This document shows positions 26,925 to 32,000 of a stretch of DNA of 32,000 nt, piece by piece. This DNA is from an uncultured archaeon. Lineage in GTDB: Archaea > Asgardarchaeota > Jordiarchaeia > Jordiarchaeales > Jordiarchaeaceae. Under the pieces are notes generated by a model. The model was not told the DNA's origin. It made no database searches and worked only from the letters and a program-made list of their open reading frames with translations. The DNA lies in contig CAZECW010000140.1 in NCBI GenBank assembly GCA_964510585.1, positions 7,814 through 39,813 on the forward strand, given 5' to 3'. A program made the translations under genes and the position numbers. The first letter of the stretch is position 1, and each line of letters starts with the position of its first letter.

Positions 26925-29378
26925 GTGAACGAACCTAAGCTCAGGAGTAAAAGATGGGATCTAAGTAAGGAATCAGAAATTTGGGAACTTTGGCAGAAGG
27001 AAGAAATATACAAGTTTAACACAAACAGCGGTAAACCCATTTTTATTATTGATAATCCTCCCCCATATGTTTCCGGAAGATGGCATGTCGGCGGTGCTAT
27101 TCACTACGCTGCGATTGATTACATTGCACGTTTCATAAGGATGAAAGGATACGAAGTTCACTATAAGTTTGGCTTGGATCGTAATGGATTACCTGTCGAA
27201 GTCAGTGTGGAGAAAGAGTTTGGGATTAAGATGAGGGAGACGCCACGAGAGGAATTCATCGCCAAGTGTAAGCAGTACCTTGATACGGTTGGAGACTCGA
27301 TACTGAATATTTGCAAAAAACTTGGTTTTTCCAATAATTCTTGGAAGTGGGAAGAAATATACAAAACGGATCATGAAACTTACAGAGCTCTAACGCAGGA
27401 AACGTTTATTCAACTATGGAATGAAGGGTTAATCTATGAGGATGATCGGCCGAACAGCTGGTGCACAGATTGTCAAACAGTCATAGCAGATGCCGAAGTA
27501 GAACGTAGAGAACAGGTTACTACACTTGTCACAATCAACTTTAAAGTTAAGGAGAGCGGAGAAAACCTACCTATAGCCACTACCAGACCTGAACTGATAT
27601 GTGCCTGTGACGCAGTTCTAGTTAATCCCGAGGATGAAAGATATAAACAGTTACATGGAAAAACAGCAATTACGCCCCTCTACAATAAGGAGGTACGCAT
27701 TATTCCGCATCCCTCAGCCAAACCAGAATTCGGTACGGGTGCGCTCATGGTTTGCTCTTATGGAGACATTACCGATTTGAGACATTTTAGAGAATTAAAC
27801 CTTAAGCCAACATTTTCTATCGATAAAGATGGCTATATGACTGAAGCAGCCGGTAAATACAGGGGCATGAAAGTTGAAGAGGCAAGGAAGGCTATCGTTA
27901 ATGATTTGAAAAGCCAAGGGTTATTAGTGAGGGAAGAAAAAATCACGCAAAGCCAACCGATATGCTGGAGAAGTAAAACGCCTATAGAATTCGTGGGTAT
28001 GAAAGAGTATTATCTTAAACAGGTCGACTTCATTGAACCATTAAAGGAGATAACCGAAGACATCATCTGGCATCCACCTACTGCAAAGAAGCTTTGGCTT
28101 GATTGGCTGAACTCAATCACTATGGACTGGCCCATATCTCGTCGAAGATACTATGGAACAGAAATACCTATATGGTACTGTAAATCATGTGGAGAGCCAC
28201 ACCTACCAAAACCCGGAAAATACTACCAGCCATGGAGAGAAAAAGCGCCATTCGACAAATGTAAGAAGTGCGGCTCAACAGAGGGATTCATAGGAGATGA
28301 ACGCACACTAGACACTTGGATGGACTCCTCAATCAGTCCTCTATATATATTAAAATATCCCCATGCATCAAATGATACTGAGTTCTTCGAAAGAGAAATC
28401 AAAAGGGATTATGTATCAGACCTCCGACCTCAGGGAAGAGACATAATAGGGACATGGCTCAGTTACTCGCTACTCCGAATATATCAACTCTATAAAAAAC
28501 CCGCGTTTAAACACGTGTGGATAAGCGGCCACGTAGTAGACGCTGAAGGAAGAAAACTATCAAAAAGCCTCGGAAATGTGATCTATCCAGAACCACTCAT
28601 CGAAAAATACGGTGCAGATGCAGTAAGACTGTATGGGGCAATGGCAAGCACATTAGGCTCCGATATCAGATTTGATGAGAAACGTCTAGGTGGAATCAGC
28701 AGATTCATAAACAAACTGTACAACATAGCTAGATTTATATCCACATTCCCAGAGCCTAAAGAAGACGAAATAAAACTCTCAGCTACAGACAAATGGATAA
28801 TCTCAGAACTAAACAAACTAATACAAAGGGTAAATGAAAGCTACGAAACATTTGACTTCCATATCGGAGCCGAAGAAATATATAATTATGTATGGAACAT
28901 CTTTGCAAGCCATATAGTAGAAATGGTTAAAACTAGGGCTTATAACCGAAATCACGACTTTACAGAAATAGAGCAAAAAAACGCAGAATGGACGTTACAT
29001 CAGTGCCTTAAAACCATACTGAAACTCCTTGCACCAATTACGCCCTTCGTAACAGACTACATATGGAGAAGCATTTACAGTAAAGAAAGCATACACATAC
29101 AAAAATTTCCAGAAGCCGACCCTAGACTAATACTAACCGAAGACCCGACGCCCATAATAATTAAAACGAACTCCGCAATTTGGAAAGCCAAAAAAGACGC
29201 CAACATATCTCTAAAACAACCCATAGAATATGCGAATCTACCAAAAGAACTAGAGCCATTCGCACAAGACCTAAAACAAATGCACAACATAAAACAAGTC
29301 ACATTCATGGATCAACCCAAACTAAAAAATGTAAAAACCTATCAAGTTGAAGAAAAAGAAATCCAAATCAAAATCTAA
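26925..29378 (+). CDS. class I aminoacyl-tRNA synthetase, probably valyl-tRNA synthetase
   Basis: 817 aa: IIDNPPPYVSGRWHVGGAIHYAAIDYIARF (HIGH region), editing domain TTRPELICACDAV, DWPISRRRYYGTEIPIWYC, KLSKSLGN (KMSKS). Confidence 0.8.
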   Translation: MNEPKLRSKRWDLSKESEIWELWQKEEIYKFNTNSGKPIFIIDNPPPYVSGRWHVGGAIHYAAIDYIARFIRMKGYEVHYKFGLDRNGLPVEVSVEKEFGIKMRETPREEFIAKCKQYLDTVGDSILNICKKLGFSNNSWKWEEIYKTDHETYRALTQETFIQLWNEGLIYEDDRPNSWCTDCQTVIADAEVERREQVTTLVTINFKVKESGENLPIATTRPELICACDAVLVNPEDERYKQLHGKTAITPLYNKEVRIIPHPSAKPEFGTGALMVCSYGDITDLRHFRELNLKPTFSIDKDGYMTEAAGKYRGMKVEEARKAIVNDLKSQGLLVREEKITQSQPICWRSKTPIEFVGMKEYYLKQVDFIEPLKEITEDIIWHPPTAKKLWLDWLNSITMDWPISRRRYYGTEIPIWYCKSCGEPHLPKPGKYYQPWREKAPFDKCKKCGSTEGFIGDERTLDTWMDSSISPLYILKYPHASNDTEFFEREIKRDYVSDLRPQGRDIIGTWLSYSLLRIYQLYKKPAFKHVWISGHVVDAEGRKLSKSLGNVIYPEPLIEKYGADAVRLYGAMASTLGSDIRFDEKRLGGISRFINKLYNIARFISTFPEPKEDEIKLSATDKWIISELNKLIQRVNESYETFDFHIGAEEIYNYVWNIFASHIVEMVKTRAYNRNHDFTEIEQKNAEWTLHQCLKTILKLLAPITPFVTDYIWRSIYSKESIHIQKFPEADPRLILTEDPTPIIIKTNSAIWKAKKDANISLKQPIEYANLPKELEPFAQDLKQMHNIKQVTFMDQPKLKNVKTYQVEEKEIQIKI

Positions 29379-29425
29379 TAGAAACCAAAATCCTTGACCT
29401 ACAGGAACCGAAGCGGGGAATCTAA

Positions 29426-29959
29426 TTATAGCATATACTTCTCATACAACCTTTTTGCCATTAGCTCAAAAACATCATCAACTTTTTCTCCAGTCTTAGC
29501 TGATGTCTCAAAAAATTCTAAACCCAACTTGGAGGCCAATTCAGCCCCCACAGCCCTAGAAATCCGTCTATCATTTATTAGATCTGTCTTATTCCCGATA
29601 AGGAAACAAGGAATGTTGCCACAAATACTCATAACATCATTATGCCAATTAACAATATGTTCGAAGGAAGCTGTATTGGTCACATCGAAAACAATGAAAC
29701 ATCCGCGGGCGCCACTCAAATAAAATCTACGTAAAGTCCTATATTGTTCCTGTCCTCCCAAATCCCAGCAAGCCAATTTGATGGCTCTACGCCTATTATC
29801 GTCCCCCTTGAGTTCAACAACCTTAACGGCAAAATCTGTACCCAGTGTGGGGATGTAACTTTCGACGAATCGCCTTTCCGTATATCTTATTAGTATCGAG
29901 GTTTTCCCCACATTTGCATCTCCCACCAGTACCACTTTGTACATAAATTCTTCAGTCAT
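29426..29959 (-). CDS. Ras/Rab-like small GTPase
   Basis: 177 aa with G1 GDANVGKTS, effector-like YIPTLGTDF, G3 WDLGGQEQ, G4 NKTD, G5 ETSAK. No C-terminal prenylation Cys. Confidence 0.93.
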   Translation of the reverse strand: MTEEFMYKVVLVGDANVGKTSILIRYTERRFVESYIPTLGTDFAVKVVELKGDDNRRRAIKLACWDLGGQEQYRTLRRFYLSGARGCFIVFDVTNTASFEHIVNWHNDVMSICGNIPCFLIGNKTDLINDRRISRAVGAELASKLGLEFFETSAKTGEKVDDVFELMAKRLYEKYML

Positions 29960-30062
29960 TGGTGCTGCCTCAGATTGTTCTTTATTTAGGAATTTTATTT
30001 TTCATTGTGATTTTATTTATCATTGAACTTTTAATAATTTTCCTAGTATTTTTTTAAGGGTT

Positions 30063-30893
30063 TTATTTTTGATTTCTTGTTAGTTCTTCTATTCTTTTTT
30101 TGGCGGGTATGTTAAGGGATAATAGTCTTTCCGTTAAGTATTCGAATGGTCTTACGTATGTGGGATTTCGGATCCATATTCCTAGGTCGTAAACTAGGAG
30201 TGGTTCCCACTTTCCTATGAAGGTGACTAAACAGTCTTTGCCGTCTGCTATATATGTTCCTATGGGGATTTCTCCGAGAGTCCAGTGGTATATAGTTCCA
30301 TTTTGGCTTAGTTTTTGGGCTATTTCTAGTGTGTTTTTGTCAATTTTCCATCCCGCGATAACTTCTACTTTTTGTTGGACTTTTTCTTCCAGTATTTTAA
30401 ATATTCTGTTCGGCTCCTTGTCTGATTTCGTGAATGTAGGAGTTATTATAGAGTGTATACTGTTTCTTGCGCGTTGCAGTATATCTTCTATTATTTCGTT
30501 TATTCTCTTTTCTCCATCTATCAACCAAGCAGTGGGTACTCTTCCTGGTGCTACGACTTGCCCTTCTTGGAACCATTTCTTAAGGTTCTGAGCATATTGT
30601 TCTTTATTTTTCAGGTCTTTTTCCACATCTGCGAGAACTATGTCGGGAGGGACTGCGGAGTAAAGCGGGGCGCGTTTTACAGCTTCTCTTTCTGCGTATC
30701 CTTTTCTTATTAATTTCTTTAGAACTGCATAGACGTTTGGTCGGGGCACTCCTGAGAGGTTTGATAATTGTGTTGGGTTTAGAGAGCCTTCAGTTACTAG
30801 TGTTATGTAAACTCTAGCCTCGTAGTCAGTGAAGCCAATTTTTTGCATGAATTCTAGTACCTTTTCTTTTTCTACTGGGCTCATTATACTCAC
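30063..30893 (-). CDS. TrmB-family transcriptional regulator
   Basis: N-terminal wHTH (LEFMQKIGFTDYEARVYITLVTEGSLNPTQLSNLSGVPRPNVYAVLKKLIRKGYAE) plus C-terminal sensor-like domain. Confidence 0.88.
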   Translation of the reverse strand: MSIMSPVEKEKVLEFMQKIGFTDYEARVYITLVTEGSLNPTQLSNLSGVPRPNVYAVLKKLIRKGYAEREAVKRAPLYSAVPPDIVLADVEKDLKNKEQYAQNLKKWFQEGQVVAPGRVPTAWLIDGEKRINEIIEDILQRARNSIHSIITPTFTKSDKEPNRIFKILEEKVQQKVEVIAGWKIDKNTLEIAQKLSQNGTIYHWTLGEIPIGTYIADGKDCLVTFIGKWEPLLVYDLGIWIRNPTYVRPFEYLTERLLSLNIPAKKRIEELTRNQK

Positions 30894-31302
30894 ACCGTTT
30901 ACTTTTACACTGACTATATTAGAGAGAAAGTTTGGGAGTGGTAGTGGATTTAAAGATGGCTTTTAGAATGATTTTATCCCCTTCTGGAACTAAACTTGTA
31001 GTAGGTTGCTACTTTCTAGGATATGCTTATTTTTCGGTAATTTAAGTTTTTCTGTTGCATTAATACATCATTATAGGGAATTTATAGTTTTCTTTTTATA
31101 TTTATTATTATGAAGTATATAGTTAATTTATTTTGAATATTATTAATTTTCTTCTTATAGAAACCAAAATATTTATGTAGTAGAATAACAAAAATATGGA
31201 TAGAAATATTTGTAGCTTAGCTACATTATTCTCATCCCCCTACCAACCTAAAAATGCCCCCACCACCATCAAATAAAGGAGACCCCCAAACGACAAACTC
31301 CC

Positions 31303-31330
31303 GGAGGAGAGAAAAAATCTTCTCTCCTCC
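31303..31330. repeat. 11-bp inverted repeat (stem-loop)
   Basis: GGAGGAGAGAA (31303-31313) and TTCTCTCCTCC (31320-31330), 6-nt loop. A second inverted repeat, CCCCAAA-TT-TTTGGGG, lies at 31346-31361. Confidence 0.7.
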
Positions 31331-31569
31331 CATCGCTCTGTCAAACCCCAAATTTTTGGGGGGAAAGCACTCTTTTTAATCACTGAAACAATGTAACGAT
31401 TCTATTTTTGGGGATAAACTTCTTCGCTCTAATTTTTCCAGTAAAAAAGTCTAGGAACGTCCGTCCAATTGGGGGCGAATCTTGTTGTCTAGCTCCACAA
31501 AAGTTAATCCTAAAACTAAAAGCACTATCTCATACTTTCCAAAGGCTTACAAAAGTATTATCATACATG

Positions 31570-32000
31570 TTAATTGTTGAGATTGTAACGTAGTAGTGCT
31601 GCGATGCCGCCGAATGCTTGTTTTAGCTGTTGTCCCTCTTCTGTCTCTGGGGATATTATTTCTACATTGGCTCCTGTTTGCTCGGCGAGCTCACCTAATT
31701 CATCGATTAAGGGTGTAACCTTTTCGATAGATAGCAGGGAGCTGGCACAATTTGGGCAGCTTCGGCTCTGAGTTTGTTGCTCTAAAGATGGCAATTCACT
31801 CTTTTTAATTGTCAATTCTTCTTGGTATTTGCAGTTAGGACAACTAATTATGACACGTAGTATGTCAAGTTCTTCAGATAGCAGTAAGGTATCTACTGCT
31901 CCTTGGTTAAGGGCTTTTCGAACTTCCTTTTCTCCATAGGCTACTAAGCTATCGTCCTTCACTAGCTGAGTCAGAAATTTTTGCACTAAAACTTTCTCTT
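31570..32000 (-). CDS. prf1: peptide chain release factor aRF1, C-terminal part (5' end beyond window)
   Basis: EKVLVQKFLTQLVKDDSLVAYGEKEVRKALNQGAVDTLLLSEEL...FGGIAALLRY; the frame stays open to the window edge. Confidence 0.88.
   Translation of the reverse strand, partial: EKVLVQKFLTQLVKDDSLVAYGEKEVRKALNQGAVDTLLLSEELDILRVIISCPNCKYQEELTIKKSELPSLEQQTQSRSCPNCASSLLSIEKVTPLIDELGELAEQTGANVEIISPETEEGQQLKQAFGGIAALLRYNLNN

Noticed and set aside
1-32000. CRISPR arrays, transposases, integrases, toxin-antitoxin or other defence islands
   Set aside because: No regularly spaced direct repeats, no recognisable mobile-element proteins and no terminal inverted repeats flanking a cargo.

Overview
Archaeal chromosomal segment, almost entirely coding. 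By inference it is Asgard-like or a deep TACK-like lineage. The backbone is informational genes: RNase P Rpp21, YhbY, S19e, PDCD5, L39e, L31e, eIF6, L18Ae, prefoldin alpha, FtsY, FtsZ-SecE-Spt5/NusG-L11-L1-L10-L12, AlaRS, class I LysRS, a ValRS-like synthetase, SmAP, L37e and the aRF1 C-terminus. Two features stand out. (1) A tight minus-strand cluster encodes a MIT-domain Vps4-like AAA ATPase, a protein whose C-terminal part reads as ESCRT-II Vps25 behind a coiled coil, and SepF. FtsZ lies about 11 kb away and a Ras/Rab-like small GTPase about 26 kb away. (2) Six heavily interrupted tRNA genes are not in the ORF track. Manual folding with bulge-helix-bulge (BHB) motifs gives Gly(GCC), Arg(UCU), Thr(CGU), Glu(CUC), Ala(GGC) and Ala(CGC), carrying 14 small introns in total. 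These lie in the anticodon loop or stem, the D-loop, between positions 8 and 9, and repeatedly at T-loop position 59/60. The Arg gene has three 14-nt introns of identical architecture. There is also a candidate structured RNA of about 169 nt closed by a 21-bp long-range helix. No CRISPR array or mobile element was seen. All assignments come from reading the sequence; no database search or folding software was run.
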